From Mobula hypostoma (lineage: Eukaryota), in assembly GCF_963921235.1 (NCBI RefSeq), contig NC_086100.1:201936001-202000000 (forward strand): a stretch of DNA of 64,000 nucleotides, written 5' to 3'. The notes beneath the pieces are model-generated. The model worked only from the letters and a program-made list of their open reading frames with translations, searched no databases and had not been told where the DNA came from. Shown piece after piece: positions 62,196 to 64,000 of this stretch (position 1 is the first letter of the stretch; the number at the start of each line of letters is the position of its first letter). Both the position numbers and the translations under genes were made by a program.

Positions 62196-64000
62196 GTTGA
62201 CAGGGGGCTGTGTGTCGGGATGCGGTTTGATGGGGCTGTGTGTCGGGGTGCGGTTTCACAGGGGGCTGTATGTCGGGGTGCGGTTTGACGGGGGGCTGTG
62301 TGTCGGGGTGCGGTTTGACGGGGCTGTGTGTCGGGGAGCGGTTTGACAGGGGACTGTGTGTCGGGGTGCGGTTTGACAGGGGGCTGTGTGTCGGCGTGCG
62401 GTTTGACGGGGCTGTGTGTCGGGGTGCGGTTTGACAGGAGTCTGTGTGTCGGGATGCGGTTTGACAGGGGGCTGTGTGTCGGGATGCGGTTTGACAGGGG
62501 GCTGTGTGTCGGAGAGCGGTTTGACAGGGGGCTGTGTGTCGGGGTGCGGTTTGACAGGGGGCTGTGTGTCGGGGTGCGGTTTGACAGGGGGATGTGTGTC
62601 GGGGTGCGGTTTGACAGCGGGCTGTGTGTCGGGGTGCAGTTTGACAGAGCGCTGTGTGTCGGGGTGCGGTTTGACAGAGCGCTGTGTGTCGGGATGCGGT
62701 TTGACGGGGCTGTGTGTCGGGGTGCGGTTTGACGGGGCTGTGTGTCGGGGTGCGGTTTGACGGGGCTGTGTGTCGGGGTGCGGTTTGACTAGGCTGTGTG
62801 TCGGGGTGCGGTTTGACGGGGCTGTGTGTCGGGGTGCGGTTTGACGGGGCTGTGTGTCGGGTGCGGTTTGACGGGGGCTGTGTGTCGGGGTGCGGTTTGA
62901 CAGGGGGCTGTGTGTCGGGGTGCGGTTTGACGGAGGGCTGTGTGTCTGGATGCGGTTTGACGGGGCTGTGTGTCGGGGAGCGGTTTGACAGGGGGCTGTG
63001 TGTCGGGGTGCGGTTTGACGGGGGGGCTGTGTGTCGGGGTGCGGTTTCACAGGGGGCTGTGTGTCGGGGTGCGGTTTGACGGGGCTGTGTGTCGGGGAGC
63101 GGTTTGACGGGGCTGTGTGTGGGGATGCGGTTTGACGGGGCTGTGTGTCTGGATGCGGTTTGACAGGGGGCTGTGTGTCTGGATGCGGTTTGACAGGGGG
63201 CTGTGTGTCGGGGTGCGGTTTGACGGGGGCTGTGTGTCTGGATGCGGTTTGACAGGGGGCTGTGTGTCGGGGAGCGGTTTGACAGGGGAGCTGTTTGACA
63301 GGGGGCTGTGTGTCGGGGTGCGGTTTGACAGGGGGCTGTGTGTCGGGGTGCGGTTTGACTGGGCTGTGTGTCGGGGTGCGGTTTGACGGGTCTGTGTGTC
63401 GGGGTGCGGTTTGACGGGGCTGTGTGTCGGGGTGCGGTTTGACAGGGGGCTGTGTGTCGGGGTGCAGTTTGACAGGTGGCTGTGTGTCGGGATGCGGTTT
63501 GACGGGGCTGTGTGTCGGGGTGCGGTTTGACGGGGCTGTGTGTCGGGGTGCGTTTTGACAGGGGGCTCTGTGTCGGGGTGCAGTTTGACAGGGGACTGTG
63601 TGTCGGGGTGCGGTTTGACAGGGGGCTGTGTGTCAGGGTGCGGTTTGACGGGTCTGTGTGTCGGGGTGCGGTTTGACGGGGCTGTGTGTCGGGATGCGGT
63701 TTGACAGGGGGCTGTGTGTCGGGGAGCGGTTTGACAGGGTGCTGTGTGTCGGGGTGCGGTTTGACAGGGAGCTGTGTGTCGGGGTGCGGTTTGACGGGGG
63801 GCTGTGTGTCAGGGTGCGGTTTGACGGGGAGCTGTGTGTTGGGGTGCAGTTTGACAGGCAGCTGTGTGTCGGGGAGCGGTTTGACAGGGAGCTGTGTGTC
63901 GGGGTGCGGTTTGACAGGGAGCTGTGTGTCGGGGAGCGGTTTGACCGATGGCTGTGTGTCGGGGTGCGGTTTGACAGAGGGCTGTGTGTCGGGATGCGGT
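62196..64000. repeat. 28/30-bp minisatellite (gggggctgtgtgtcggggtgcggtttgaca), running off the window end
   Basis: Direct periodicity; 10-aa repeat GCGLTGGCVS in the ORF track. Confidence 0.97.

Noticed and set aside
60181..63386. Long Pro/His/Thr-rich and Gly/Cys-rich ORFs (up to 635 aa)
   Set aside because: Open in several frames because the repeat units lack stops; intronic.

Overview
Eukaryotic (vertebrate) genomic DNA. The repeat families suggest a cartilaginous fish such as a ray, which is inference. The window covers the middle of a + strand DCTN1 (dynactin p150Glued) gene: six phase-0 coding exons at 3844-3912, 49096-49158, 49269-49418, 49625-49786, 50153-50284 and 59879-60007, roughly human exons 19-24. 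The first intron is 45.2 kb. About 39.5 kb of it is one 46/48-bp satellite (roughly 800 units) carrying nine co-amplified copies of a 138-bp CR1-type LINE 3' end and nested block duplications. Four more minisatellites (33, 43, 31/33 and 28/30 bp) lie in the introns. The rest is nested transposable elements: CR1 and Rex1/Babar LINEs, Penelope-like elements with minimal hammerhead ribozymes, a tRNA/CORE SINE, a solo LTR, and hAT and Tc1-type DNA elements. The most notable items are two intact sense-strand, dimer-type hammerhead ribozymes in one DCTN1 intron, the LINE-tagged intronic satellite, and repeatedly duplicated 3' splice sites. Nearly all ORFs in the track over the arrays are repeat artefacts.
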